From contig CAZBZR010000006.1 of NCBI GenBank assembly GCA_964496445.1, positions 25,740-89,739 on the forward strand: a stretch of 64,000 nucleotides of DNA, written 5' to 3'. The notes below the pieces were generated by a model that saw only the letters and a list, made by a program, of their open reading frames with translations, made no database searches and was not told where the DNA came from. Shown piece after piece: positions 18,023 to 29,114 of the stretch (its first letter is position 1; each line of letters begins with the position of its first letter). This DNA is from an uncultured Microbacterium sp. Lineage in GTDB: Bacteria > Actinomycetota > Actinomycetes > Actinomycetales > Microbacteriaceae. Position numbers and translations under genes: made by a program.

Positions 18023-18829
18023 TCAGCGGACGCCCTTCGCGACGCTCATGAGGTCGCGCACGCGCACCACGTCGGCGTCGTTCTCGAACTTGCCGTCCTT
18101 CTTGAAGAAGGTGCCGACGATCGCGGCATCGGCGAACTGCATGCTCTCGGCGAGGGTGTCGGGGCGCACGCCCGTGTTGACGAACACGGGCACGCTGGCG
18201 GCGTTGTCCTTCACCGTCTTCAGGGTAGACGTGTCGGTGGGGGCACCGGCCGTCAGGCCCGACACGCACAGGCCGTCGGGCACGCAGTTGAACACCGTCG
18301 AACGGGTCAGCTGGGCGATGTCGCGCTCGGCGACGTAGGCCGCGGCCTCGGGGACGATGTTGAACAGCAGCCGGACGTCGTCGCCGGAGACGGCGAGGCG
18401 GTGGCGGGCGGTGCGTCCGACGTTGGTGTCCCACATGCCGAAGTCGCTGGCGTAGACGCCGGTGAAGACCTCGCGCACGAAGGCGGCACCGGTGGCGACG
18501 GCGAGGTCGATCGAGGCGACCGCATCCCACAGCACGTTGACGCCGAAGGGCACGGCGAGCTCGCTCTCGAGCTCGCCGACCACGCGGGCCATGCTGATCG
18601 CCGTGATCGGGTCGGTCTTGGTGAGGTACGGGAGGCTGAACTCGTTCGAGATGAGGATCCCGTCCACCCCGCCCTCCTGCAGCGCGGTGATCTCTCGGCG
18701 CGCGTGCGCGAGGACCGCGGCCATGCCGCCGACCTTGTCGTAGCCGGGGTCGCCGGGGAGAGCGGGCAGATGGCACATGCCGATGATGGGCTTGGTGACC
18801 GGGAAGACGTCGTCGAGCCAGGTAGTCAC
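18023..18829 (-). CDS. BtpA/SgcQ-family TIM-barrel protein
   Basis: KPIIGMCHLPALPGDP, SNEFSLPY, GVNVLWD, FNIVPE, NTGV, IVGT.FK.DG. Confidence 0.9.
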   Translation of the reverse strand: MTTWLDDVFPVTKPIIGMCHLPALPGDPGYDKVGGMAAVLAHARREITALQEGGVDGILISNEFSLPYLTKTDPITAISMARVVGELESELAVPFGVNVLWDAVASIDLAVATGAAFVREVFTGVYASDFGMWDTNVGRTARHRLAVSGDDVRLLFNIVPEAAAYVAERDIAQLTRSTVFNCVPDGLCVSGLTAGAPTDTSTLKTVKDNAASVPVFVNTGVRPDTLAESMQFADAAIVGTFFKKDGKFENDADVVRVRDLMSVAKGVR

Positions 18830-18882
18830 GGAGGGTTACCGCCTTAAGGGTGTTGCAGGGTGATGGTCGGAAGAGGAGACGG

Positions 18883-19503
18883 TCAGCGCACGGACTGCGC
18901 GGTGCGCCACGCCTCGACGAAGCGCAGCAGCGCCGTGGCGCCGGGATCGGCGATCCCGATGCTGCGCTCCTGGAGCCACGAGGCGCGCCCGCGACGGGAC
19001 TGCAGTCCCTTGGTGCGCTCCACCGCGTCGGCCGCGGCGGCGATCGAGGTCTCCACCGCCGCGTCGGCGTCGGCGGCCTCGGACAGCGCCGTCACGACGG
19101 CGGCGAGGCCGTCGTAGATGGTCTTGTCGCCGAGCTGGGTCTTGCCGCGGGAGGCGATGCTCTCGGCGGCCGCGTCGGTGAACGCGTGCGCGTCGGCCAC
19201 GGTGATCTCGGTGGTGTCGGCCCACACGCGCGATCCCGCCAGCAGGGCACCGGCGACGAGGGCCGCCATGGTGGACGGGTTGGCGTTGGCGAACGCCTTC
19301 GCCGTCGCCCGCGCGAGCTCGGCGGGGGTGGCCTCATCCGGCAGCTGGGAGAGCGCGGTGATGACGGCGGTGGACCCGGCCGAGATCGTGATGCCGAGGT
19401 CGCCGTCACCGAGCGCCTGGTCGAGCTCGCGCAGCTCGTCGGCGGAGTCGATGAGGACGGTGAGGGTGCGGGTGAGGTGGGACTTCAGTTCGGGGGTGCG
19501 CAT
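18883..19503 (-). CDS. dhaL: Dihydroxyacetone kinase subunit L-like protein (DAK2)
   Basis: ELDQALGDGDLG, RGK..LGDKTIYD, RGRASW, DPGA. Confidence 0.88.
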   Translation of the reverse strand: MRTPELKSHLTRTLTVLIDSADELRELDQALGDGDLGITISAGSTAVITALSQLPDEATPAELARATAKAFANANPSTMAALVAGALLAGSRVWADTTEITVADAHAFTDAAAESIASRGKTQLGDKTIYDGLAAVVTALSEAADADAAVETSIAAAADAVERTKGLQSRRGRASWLQERSIGIADPGATALLRFVEAWRTAQSVR

Positions 19504-19504
19504 G

Positions 19505-20502
<998 letters not shown>

Positions 20503-20506
<4 letters not shown>

Positions 20507-21615
20507 CGCGTGGTGTCCTTTCCTCCGCGCTGGGTGGCGATGGCGACGGTCTCGCTGGCGGCAGGCAGCGCCTTGCGCCGGCGACGTCGGAAGGTGAGCT
20601 GGTCGGCGACCATGACGGCGATCAGGAGCACTCCCTGCGCGATGGCGTACTCGTAGGCCGAGAGACGCAGCGCCGTGAAGCCGCTGGAGACCACCTGCAG
20701 CGTCAGGGTGGCGAGGATCACCCCGAACACCGTCGCGAAGCCGCCGTTGGGGTTCGTGCCGCCGAGGACGGCGATCACGATGGCCAGCAGCACGTAGCTG
20801 GAGCCGTAGTCGGCGCTGGCCGAGGGGTTGCGCGCGAGGAAGATGAGGCCGGCCACCCCGCCGAGCACGCCGCTGAGCATGTAGGCGAGCATGAGCGTCT
20901 TGCGGCTGCTGATGCCGGAGTAGCGGGCGGCGACGGGGTTCGCGCCCTGCAGCTGGATCTTCCGCCCGACGGGCGTCCGGTCGATGACGAGGGCCACCAC
21001 GATGGCCGCGACGACGAGGACGACGAACAGCACCGGGATGCCCGCGAGGGTGGCGCGGCCCACGGCGCTCAGGCCGGAGGGGGCGCCGGAGATCGTGACG
21101 CCGCCGGTCCACACCAGCGCCAGGCCGTTGAACAGCTGCATGGTGCCGAGCGTGGTGAGGATCGGGGTGACGCCCACGACCGTGATCAGCACGCCGTTGA
21201 CCGCACCGAGGCCCGCGCCCACGGCGATGCCCGCGAGGATGAACAGCACCGCCATGCCCTCGGCCGTTTCGGCGCCCGCCCCCACCGACACCGCGGTGTA
21301 CAGGGAGGACACGGTGATCGCCGAGAAGTTGGCGATCGCCACGATCGACAGGTCGATGCCGCCGGTGAGCATCGCGATCATCATCGCCAGCGAGATCAGG
21401 CCGATCTCCGGAGCGCCGACGCCGATGTTCTGCAGGTTCAGCGGGTTCAGGAACACGCGCGGGTTCAGGATCGCGAAGATCGCGAACACCACCACGAGGA
21501 GCACGATCATGCGCCCCGCACCGTGCGGGACCTGGATGCGGGAGATCAGACCGCTGACGCCGCGGTCGATGTTGCCGTTGGCCTGGCGGAGGCCCTTCGA
21601 GCCGGAGTCGCTCAT
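20503..21615 (-). CDS. Sugar ABC transporter permease (CUT2)
   Basis: GGIDLS, GANPVAARYSGI, VLGG; multiple TM helices. Confidence 0.92.
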
Positions 21616-22631
21616 GCGCGGCTCACCTCTTCCTCGAGCAGGACGGGAGCCCGCCGCGACCGGAGGGCGGCGACGGCCTGGATGCTCACCCCGACGATGA
21701 GCAGGATGCCCACGGCAGCGCGCTGCCATGTGCTGGGGATGCCGATGAGCACCAGGTTGTTGTTGATCAGCTGCACCAGGACGACGCCGAGCACGGTGCC
21801 CAGCACCGATCCGCGTCCGCCGAAGATCGACGCGCCGCCGAGCACGACCGCGGCGATGATGTCCAGCTCGGTGCCGACGAGCGTCTGCGGGTTGGCGTTC
21901 TTGCCGAGGATCACCGAGACCACGCCGCCGAAGGCCGCCAGGGCGCCGACGAGCACGTAGAGCAGCACTTGCGTGCGGACCACCTTGATGCCCACGCGGC
22001 GGGCCGCCTCGACATCGCCGCCGATGGCGTAGATGCTCCGGCCGAAGGTGGTGTACTTCAGCAGCCACCACACCGCGACGGTGATGAGGACCACGGGGAC
22101 GAGCATCCCGTGGAGGAACCCGGCGCCGGGGATGTCGACGATGTAGGCGCTCCCGGCGTCGCGGACGCTCTCCGGCAGGCGGCTGGAGGAGATGTAGGCG
22201 GAGCCGATGTAGGCCAGCAGGATGCCGCGGATGATGCCCTGCGTGCCGAGGGTCACGATCAGCGTGGGCAGGCGGAAGCGGGCGATGACGACGCCGTTGA
22301 GCAGACCCCAGGCCGCGCCGATCACGAGGGCGATGGCGAAGACCCCCACCAGCGTCGGGTCGAAGCTGGCCGAGCTCGACCACGCGACCGTCGTGTAGGC
22401 GGCGAAGATCGCGATCGCGGGGAAGGACACGTCGATGCCGCCGGAGATCAGCACCATGAGCACGCCCAGGGCGAAGATGAGGGGCACGAGCGAACTGCGC
22501 ACCAGGCCGAAGAACGTGTTCGGGGTGAAGAACGCCGGGCTGGCGATCGCCATCGCGATCACCACGACGATGATCACGGCGGCGAGGATCCCCTCGTTGT
22601 TCGGACCGCGCAGACGGCGGATCGCGTTCAT
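21612..22631 (-). CDS. Sugar ABC transporter permease (CUT2)
   Basis: GGIDVSF, IVTLGT, GGDVEAARRVGI, AAVVLGGASIFGGRG. Confidence 0.92.
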   Translation of the reverse strand: MNAIRRLRGPNNEGILAAVIIVVVIAMAIASPAFFTPNTFFGLVRSSLVPLIFALGVLMVLISGGIDVSFPAIAIFAAYTTVAWSSSASFDPTLVGVFAIALVIGAAWGLLNGVVIARFRLPTLIVTLGTQGIIRGILLAYIGSAYISSSRLPESVRDAGSAYIVDIPGAGFLHGMLVPVVLITVAVWWLLKYTTFGRSIYAIGGDVEAARRVGIKVVRTQVLLYVLVGALAAFGGVVSVILGKNANPQTLVGTELDIIAAVVLGGASIFGGRGSVLGTVLGVVLVQLINNNLVLIGIPSTWQRAAVGILLIVGVSIQAVAALRSRRAPVLLEEEVSRA

Positions 22632-24127
22632 CAGGCGGTCATCCTTTCCTGGATGCTCTCGACGTCGAGCTCGTCGCCGGAGACTTCGGCCACCACCCGG
22701 CCCGCGCGCACGATGATCACGCGGTGGCAGCTTGAGATCAGCTCGGGGATGTCGTCGGAGATGATGACGATGCCCATGCCCTCGGCGGCCTGGGCGCGGA
22801 GGATCGCGAAGATCTCCTCCTTCGAGCCGATGTCCACCCCGACGGTGGGCCCGTTGAGCATCAGCACGGCAGGCTTGCGGTCCAGCCACTTGGCGATCAC
22901 GACGCGCTGGGCGTTGCCGCCCGAGAGGCTCCGCACCGGCGCCTGGGCGTTCGGCGCCTTGATGCGCAGGCGCTGGAAGAGGCCCGCCATCGACCGCGCG
23001 ATGCGCGAGCGGTCCAGCAGCCCCACGCGGCTGCGGTAGGAGTTGAGGGAGGCGGCGACCATGTTGTCGGCGATCGACTTGTCCAGGAACAGCCCCTGCG
23101 TGAGGCGGTCCTCGGGGACGTAGCCGATGCCGGCGCGCACGGCGTCGGCGATCGAGCGGATGCTGCGGGTCGTGCCGTCGATCGTCACCGTGCCGGCGTC
23201 GGCGGGCGAGACTCCGAACACGGCTTCGGCGATCTCGGTGCGGCCGGAGCCGAGCAGGCCGGTGATGCCGAGGATCTCGCCGCGACGCAGCGAGAAGGAG
23301 ACGTCCTCGAACGCTCCGGCCCGCGAGAGCCCCTCGACGCTCATGAGCGCCGGGGCGTCGGCGGGCAGCTCGTCGACGAGACGGTCCTCGCTGACGTCAC
23401 GGCCGGTCATCGCCCGGGCGATGGAGCGGCCGGTGTGCTCGGAGGCGGGGCCGGAGGCCACCACCTCGCCGTTGCGGAGGACCGTGACGTGCTGCGAGAT
23501 GGCGAGCACCTCGTCGAGCTTGTGGCTGACGAAGACGATGGCGACGCCGCGCTCCTGGAGGCGGCGGACGATGGTGAACAGGCGCTGCACCTCGGCGTGG
23601 GTGAGGGCCGTGGTGGGCTCGTCCATGACGAGCACGCGGGCCTCCCCGACGAGCGCGCGGCAGATGGCGATGAGCTGCCGGTCGGCGACGGAGAGGTGCT
23701 CGACGTCGGCGTCCAGGTCGATGTTCAGACCCAGCTCGGCGACGATCTTCTCGGCGGCGGCCCGGATGCGGCGGCGCGAGGAGAGCTTGCGGCGGTCGGC
23801 CAGCTCGCTGAGCATGGCGATGTTCTCGGCCGCAGTGAGGTTGGGGAACAGGGAGAAGTCCTGGTAGATGACCTGGATGCCGGCGCGGATCGCGCCGGCG
23901 GGGGTCGTGTGGGAGAGGACTTCGCCGTCGACGACGATCTCTCCGGAGTCGGGTCGTTCCACGCCGCTGATGATCTTGATCAGCGTGGACTTGCCGCTGC
24001 CGTTCTCGCCGGCGAGGCAGTGGACCTCGCCCGGCTCGAGTCGGAGCGAGACCCCGCCCAGGGCACGGACACCGCCATAGGTCTTGACGATGTCGCGCAC
24101 CTGCAGCACGGATTCTGCGGTGCTCAT
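22631..24127 (-). CDS. Sugar ABC transporter ATP-binding protein (two NBDs)
   Basis: GENGSGKST, MDEPT, SHKL, LSGGNAQ. Confidence 0.95.
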   Translation of the reverse strand: MSTAESVLQVRDIVKTYGGVRALGGVSLRLEPGEVHCLAGENGSGKSTLIKIISGVERPDSGEIVVDGEVLSHTTPAGAIRAGIQVIYQDFSLFPNLTAAENIAMLSELADRRKLSSRRRIRAAAEKIVAELGLNIDLDADVEHLSVADRQLIAICRALVGEARVLVMDEPTTALTHAEVQRLFTIVRRLQERGVAIVFVSHKLDEVLAISQHVTVLRNGEVVASGPASEHTGRSIARAMTGRDVSEDRLVDELPADAPALMSVEGLSRAGAFEDVSFSLRRGEILGITGLLGSGRTEIAEAVFGVSPADAGTVTIDGTTRSIRSIADAVRAGIGYVPEDRLTQGLFLDKSIADNMVAASLNSYRSRVGLLDRSRIARSMAGLFQRLRIKAPNAQAPVRSLSGGNAQRVVIAKWLDRKPAVLMLNGPTVGVDIGSKEEIFAILRAQAAEGMGIVIISDDIPELISSCHRVIIVRAGRVVAEVSGDELDVESIQERMTA

Positions 24128-24152
24128 GAGTTCGGACTCCTTCTGGCCGGGA

Positions 24153-24185
24153 GGCGGGAGGGGGCTCGGCGAGCTCCCTCCCGCC
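24153..24185 (-). terminator. Stem-loop after the binding-protein gene (attenuator or mRNA stabiliser)
   Basis: 15-bp arms with one mismatch (GGCGGGAGGGGGCTC-GGC-GAGCTCCCTCCCGCC) between the SBP and ATPase genes. Confidence 0.6.
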
Positions 24186-24209
24186 CTCCGACGGGGATGG
24201 GGCGTGCGA

Positions 24210-25244
24210 TCAGAAGTCGTAGTCGCCCATGTTGGAGGCGTCGACGGCGACACCGGCGTTGCCGGCGAAGACGTTGTCGTAGCCGTCGAGCTTGACGAGG
24301 GACTCGTAGCCCGGAACCTTCAGGTCGGTGCCCTCTTCGATGGTCCCGCCCTCGGCGAGGATCTTGGCGATCGCCAGCTGGGCCTTACCGGCCAGGGCCG
24401 GGTCCCAGAAGAAGATCTTGTCGATCGCACCGGTCTCGAGGTAGCTCTCCGAGACCGAGGGGATCGAGGTGCCCATCACGCACACGCTGTCGGCCTTGCC
24501 GGCCTCCTCGACGGCGCGCGCGATGCCGACGACGTCGGTGCCGGCCGAACCCTGGAAGCCCTTGATGTCGGGGTACTTCGCGAGGAGCTCCTTGGCCTTG
24601 TTGTAGGCGACCTCCTCGTCCTCCTCCGACTCGATGGGGTCTTCCAGACGCGTCATGTCGGCGAAGTTCGCCTCCTGGTTCTCCAGCGCCCCGGTGACCC
24701 ACTCGCTGTGCGAGCCGTTGGTCAGGCGGCCGACGAACTGCACGTAGCCGCCCTCCTCGTCCATGCACTCGGCGAGGTTGTCCATGATCTGGGCGCCGTA
24801 CGCCTTGTTCTCGAACGCCTCGATGTCGATGTCGACGTTCTCGATGCCGGCGGCCTCGTGCGCGACGACGATGATGCCCTTGTCCTTCGCCTCGCCGAGC
24901 ACCGTGGCCAGGCCCGCGACGTCGTTGGGGACGACGGTGATGGCCGTCGGCGCCTGGGCGATGAGGTTCTGGATGATGTCGACCTGGCCCTCGTTGGTGG
25001 CCTCGGCCGGCCCCTCCTGGCGGGCGTCGATGTCGTTCTCGACCGCCCACTCGTCGACGCCGACCTCCATGCGGTCGAACCAGCCGATGCCGGTCGCCTT
25101 GACGACGGTGACGTAGGCGCCCTCGGCGCCCTCACCCGACGACGATCCCCCGTCGCCCGAACCGCCGGCGGTGGTGCCGCAACCTGCCAGGGCCAGAACG
25201 GTCGCCCCGGCGAGCAGTGCGACAGCAGGATTCCTGTGCTTCAT
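24210..25244 (-). CDS. Sugar ABC transporter substrate-binding lipoprotein (LsrB/RhaS-like)
   Basis: Lipobox LAGC, VVKATGIGWF, VVPND, FWDP. Confidence 0.9.
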   Translation of the reverse strand: MKHRNPAVALLAGATVLALAGCGTTAGGSGDGGSSSGEGAEGAYVTVVKATGIGWFDRMEVGVDEWAVENDIDARQEGPAEATNEGQVDIIQNLIAQAPTAITVVPNDVAGLATVLGEAKDKGIIVVAHEAAGIENVDIDIEAFENKAYGAQIMDNLAECMDEEGGYVQFVGRLTNGSHSEWVTGALENQEANFADMTRLEDPIESEEDEEVAYNKAKELLAKYPDIKGFQGSAGTDVVGIARAVEEAGKADSVCVMGTSIPSVSESYLETGAIDKIFFWDPALAGKAQLAIAKILAEGGTIEEGTDLKVPGYESLVKLDGYDNVFAGNAGVAVDASNMGDYDF

Positions 25245-25303
25245 ACTCACTCCCTCGTGATCGGTCGCTCCGCAGTGAGTGGGGGCGACGATTTCCAGTC
25301 GTG

Positions 25304-25333
25304 AAAGTAATCGGATTCGCGCACCAAAGTCAA
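25304..25333 (-). promoter_or_regulatory. Probable sigma-A promoter of the sugar operon
   Basis: Minus-strand TTGACT-N18-TACTTT in an AT-rich intergenic region. Confidence 0.55.
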
Positions 25334-25401
25334 TCGAAAACGCGCGGCTTCTGCTCATATCGATCACCTAATCGTTATATTGAGCGTTATTCGAGCATCT
25401 C

Positions 25402-25434
25402 CTGCGCGATATCGCGCAGCGATCCGAGTACACT
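25402..25434 (+). promoter_or_regulatory. Perfect 18-bp palindrome and -10 box upstream of the DeoR gene
   Basis: CTGCGCGATATCGCGCAG (25402-25419); TACACT at 25429-25434. Confidence 0.5.
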
Positions 25435-25460
25435 CAGTCGAGGACGCGTCGCAGGGAGCA

Positions 25461-26201
25461 ATGGGGATGTCTCGACAGGCTCAGATCGTTGAGCGCCTCG
25501 GGGAGCACGGATTCCAATCGGTGATCGAGCTGGCCGAGGTGTTCGGCGTGGCACCGTCGACCGTGCGCCGTGACCTCGAGCAGCTGGAAGCACGCGACCT
25601 CGTGCAGCGCACGCACGGGGGCGCCCTGCCAGTGCGGCAGAGCGACGCGTTCGATCTGAAGGAGACGCTGCATCACCGCGAGAAGGTGGCCATCGGCAAG
25701 GCCATGGCCGACCGCATCCTCGACGGGCAGACCGTGCTGCTGGACAGCGGCACGACGACGCTCGAGGTGGCGCGGCACCTCAGCGGATCGCGGCTGACGG
25801 TCGTCACCAACGATCTGCAGATCGGGACGGTGATCGCCCAGCGGCGCACGGCGAGCCTGGTGTTCATCGGCGGTGAGCTGCTGCCCAACGACGTGTCGAT
25901 GTGGGGGCCCACGTCGGTGCAGCAGTTGCAGAACCTGCGCGTGGACGTGGCCGTGGCCGGCTGCGACACCGTCATGGACGACGGGATCTACAGCACCTCC
26001 AGCTACGAGATCGAGCTCAAGCGCACGATGGTCTCCATCGCCACCGAGGCCTTCTTCGTCGCCGACAGCTCGAAGTTCGGCCGCGAGGCGCTGTTCAAGT
26101 GCTTCGATCTGGGACCCTTCACCGCCGGCATCACCGATGCGCGGCTGGATCCGCTGCGGGCGGCGACGTTCCCGCTGCCGCTGATCCGCGCGGCCGTCTG
26201 A
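25461..26201 (+). CDS. DeoR/GlpR-family transcriptional regulator
   Basis: STVRRDL..L, RTHGGA, LDSGTT, VTN, ADSSKFG. Confidence 0.95.
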   Translation: MGMSRQAQIVERLGEHGFQSVIELAEVFGVAPSTVRRDLEQLEARDLVQRTHGGALPVRQSDAFDLKETLHHREKVAIGKAMADRILDGQTVLLDSGTTTLEVARHLSGSRLTVVTNDLQIGTVIAQRRTASLVFIGGELLPNDVSMWGPTSVQQLQNLRVDVAVAGCDTVMDDGIYSTSSYEIELKRTMVSIATEAFFVADSSKFGREALFKCFDLGPFTAGITDARLDPLRAATFPLPLIRAAV

Positions 26202-26226
26202 TCCGCGCGGGGTCTGGTCGCCGCGG

Positions 26227-27873
26227 TCAGGGGACGCAGGCGCGGGCAGGCTGCGAGGCCTGGCCGTTGGCGCGCCGCGTGAGCACCTCGATGCAGGTCG
26301 TCCCGGAGGGGTCGGCCGGCACCGTCACCGTCGGCTCGGTGACGCTCTGCAGTGCGGGCTCGCCGGCCCCGGCGGTGACGACCCCCCACAGGTAGGCGTC
26401 GCCGTCGGCCGGGTCGGGGTTGACCCACGTGAACACCACTCCCGCGGGCGTGACGGTGCCGCTGAGCTCCTCCGGCCGGGGAGCAGCGGCGGGGAGCACG
26501 TCGATGGGCTCGTCGGTGGCCGAGGCCGTGGGGCTCGGCGCGGTGCCGCCGCCGAGTACCGCCGGCAGCGACAGCGCGAGCGCCGCGCCGACCACCACGA
26601 CGAAGGCGGCCGCACCCACCGCGAACCACACGCCGCGACGAGACGCGCGGCCGGGGGTGGCGTCCGACGTCGCGGCGGGGGCCGCATCCGGCGCGGTCGC
26701 GGAAGCCGGGACGCCGGCCGGTCGGGGCGGAAGCGGCGGTACGGGCGGCGCGGCGACGGGTGCCGGCAGCCGCGGTGCCGAGCGGACGGTGTCCTCGGCG
26801 ACGGGAGCGATCACGGCGGGCGGCCGCTGCCGCGTGGCGTCGTCCTCGCGCGCGCTCCCCCGCGTCGCGGCATCCGGAGCCCACACCTCGGGCGAGCTGC
26901 GGCGCGTGGTGCCGGCGGCGGGGGCGGTCTCGGGGTCGATGCTCACCACACCCCGCACGCGCGTGAGGCCGTCGTCCTCGTCGTCCACGACGCCGTCGGG
27001 GGTGCCGTCATCGAGGATGTCGATGGGCGTGACGCCGTGCGCGAGCTCGATCTGCACCTTCTGCAGCGCGCGGGCGAACGCCAGCGCGGTGTCGTAGCGG
27101 TCGGCGGGGTTCTTCGCCATCGCCCGCTCCAGCACCCGCTGCAGCGACACCGGCGCGTCGGGGCGGCCGAGGGCCGGCAGCGGCAGGGTCTCGATGCGCT
27201 CGAGGAGGTCGGCGCCGCCGTTGCGCTGGCCGACCAGCTCGAAGGGCGAGCGGCCCGCCAGGAGGCTGTACACCGTCGCACCCAGCGACCACACGTCCGA
27301 GCGGCGATCGCCGCGGGGCACGTCGCCGAGGGCTTCGGGGGGCGACCACGGGATCGACAGCCCGCCCGCCTCGTCGGCCCCCGTCGTGGAGGCGATGCCG
27401 AAGTCGGTGAGGGCGGGGCGGTTGTACTCGGTGACGAGGATGTTCGCCGGCTTGATGTCGCGGTGGAGCACCCCCGCTCGGTGAGCGGTCTCCACGGCCG
27501 CCGCCACCTGCACGCCCACCCGAAGGGCCTCGGCGACCGAGAACGGCTCCCGCCGGTAGCGGGCCTGCAGATTGGGCTTCGGGCAGTACTCCATCACCAG
27601 GTACGGACGCCCGTCGCCGGCGACGCCCGCCTGATGGATGGTGACGATCGCCGGATGCGTCGAGAGCATCGCCATGACGTTCGCCTCGGCGGTGAACGCG
27701 GCCACCGATCCCGAGGTCATGCGCTCGGTCAGCAGCACCTTCACCGCGACGCGGCGCTTGGGCAGCTGCTGCTCATAGAGGAAGACGTCGGCGAATCCGC
27801 CCGATCCGAGCGGCTCGACGTAGGTGAATCCGGGGAGAGCGGGAGGGGGCTGCGGGGGGCGCCGCGTGGTCAC
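26227..27873 (-). CDS. Hanks-type Ser/Thr protein kinase with TM and extracellular domain
   Basis: LGSGGFADV, VAVK, HRDIKPAN, DFG, SPPE, DVWSLG; TM GVWFAVGAAAFVVVVG. Confidence 0.95.
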   Translation of the reverse strand: MTTRRPPQPPPALPGFTYVEPLGSGGFADVFLYEQQLPKRRVAVKVLLTERMTSGSVAAFTAEANVMAMLSTHPAIVTIHQAGVAGDGRPYLVMEYCPKPNLQARYRREPFSVAEALRVGVQVAAAVETAHRAGVLHRDIKPANILVTEYNRPALTDFGIASTTGADEAGGLSIPWSPPEALGDVPRGDRRSDVWSLGATVYSLLAGRSPFELVGQRNGGADLLERIETLPLPALGRPDAPVSLQRVLERAMAKNPADRYDTALAFARALQKVQIELAHGVTPIDILDDGTPDGVVDDEDDGLTRVRGVVSIDPETAPAAGTTRRSSPEVWAPDAATRGSAREDDATRQRPPAVIAPVAEDTVRSAPRLPAPVAAPPVPPLPPRPAGVPASATAPDAAPAATSDATPGRASRRGVWFAVGAAAFVVVVGAALALSLPAVLGGGTAPSPTASATDEPIDVLPAAAPRPEELSGTVTPAGVVFTWVNPDPADGDAYLWGVVTAGAGEPALQSVTEPTVTVPADPSGTTCIEVLTRRANGQASQPARACVP

Positions 27874-29102
27874 GGAGCATCCTCGACGGCCACCGTGATG
27901 CCGTCGCCGAGGTCGAGCACGTCGCCCGGGACGATCACGGTCGCCTCCCCCGGATGCAGCCGCACCGGCTCGGCGCCGCGGCGGTGCAGCGTCGTGCCGT
28001 TGGTGGTGTGGAGGTCGGTCGCGAGGATCGTGTCGCCCTCTGCGCGCACCTCGACGTGATTGCGGGAGATGTCCTGCTGCGGGGAGTCCAGCGCGACGAG
28101 GTGCGGCAGATCCGTGCCGCTCGCCCGCGTCGAGCGCGGCCGGCGGCCGAGGATCACGGTGCGATCCAGCAGCACGACCTGACCACTGGAGACGCGCAGC
28201 CGACCCGCCGCGACCGGCGGCGGCGGGGGTGCCAGCGGGGGCGCGACGGGCGGGAGCTGACCTGCCGCGCGCAGCGCCCGCGCCTCGGCGAGCGAGATGG
28301 TGGCGTCGTCCTCGGCTTCCGCGGCGCCGCCGCGGATGATGGTGGCCTCGACGTCGTCGTCGAGCGCGGCGGTCCCGGCGGCCGGTGTCGCATCGTCGGG
28401 GACGGGCGCGGGCGGAGGAGGCGGTGGCGGAGCGGAGGCGACGGCCCGTGGCCTCCCGGTGCGCTTCGGGCCGGGCGCGGCCGGCGGATCCGCCGGGACG
28501 GCCGGGGGCGCGGGAGGAGCGGGAGGTGCCGCGGCGGCGGGCGCCGGCTCCGGCGCCACGCCGGCCGGGGCCTCCTCCGGCGCGGCTTCGCGCACTTCGC
28601 GCACGCTGTGCGGCTGGACCGGCTCGGTCGCTGCCGCCGGGCGCGCTCCCGTGGCGCCGGGCGCGGCGGGGGAGGCGGCGGCGGGCTGGCGGATCAGATC
28701 CACCCGGGCGACGGCGGCGACGCCGTCGCGGAGCGGCAGGCCGGGCTCGGCGGCCGCGGCGTCACCGATCCGCAGGTCGTCCGCGGAGCGGATGCTGCGC
28801 TCGGTCCACGTGCTCGCCCCCGCGCCGTCCACCCGGTCGTCGGCGGCCGTCACGACGAGGTCGCCGCGGACGGCCACCCGCCAGCCGTCCGGCTCCTCCA
28901 GAGCCACGGCGAACGCGGGGATCGCGGAGAGGGGGCCGCCCGCGGCGAGCGCGTCCACGACGCCGGCCAGTCCCGCACCGGCTCCGAGCTGGCGCCACAC
29001 GTCGGCGGTCACCGCATCGGGGGTCTCGGCGGCGAGGACGGCGACGCCCTCCGGCGTGACGACGGCGCGCAGGGATCCGGGGGTGTAGCGCACGATGCTC
29101 AT
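27870..29102 (-). CDS. FHA-domain protein with Pro/Ala-rich linker
   Basis: C-terminal ILGRRP, ISRNH, DLHTTNGT. Confidence 0.9.
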   Translation of the reverse strand: MSIVRYTPGSLRAVVTPEGVAVLAAETPDAVTADVWRQLGAGAGLAGVVDALAAGGPLSAIPAFAVALEEPDGWRVAVRGDLVVTAADDRVDGAGASTWTERSIRSADDLRIGDAAAAEPGLPLRDGVAAVARVDLIRQPAAASPAAPGATGARPAAATEPVQPHSVREVREAAPEEAPAGVAPEPAPAAAAPPAPPAPPAVPADPPAAPGPKRTGRPRAVASAPPPPPPPAPVPDDATPAAGTAALDDDVEATIIRGGAAEAEDDATISLAEARALRAAGQLPPVAPPLAPPPPPVAAGRLRVSSGQVVLLDRTVILGRRPRSTRASGTDLPHLVALDSPQQDISRNHVEVRAEGDTILATDLHTTNGTTLHRRGAEPVRLHPGEATVIVPGDVLDLGDGITVAVEDAP

Positions 29103-29114
29103 CGCGTTGTCCTC

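Noticed and set aside
24210-25244. AI-2 (lsr) quorum-sensing uptake operon
   Set aside because: The SBP is LsrB/RhaS-like, but there are no LsrF, LsrG or LsrR-type genes; the context fits sugar catabolism better.
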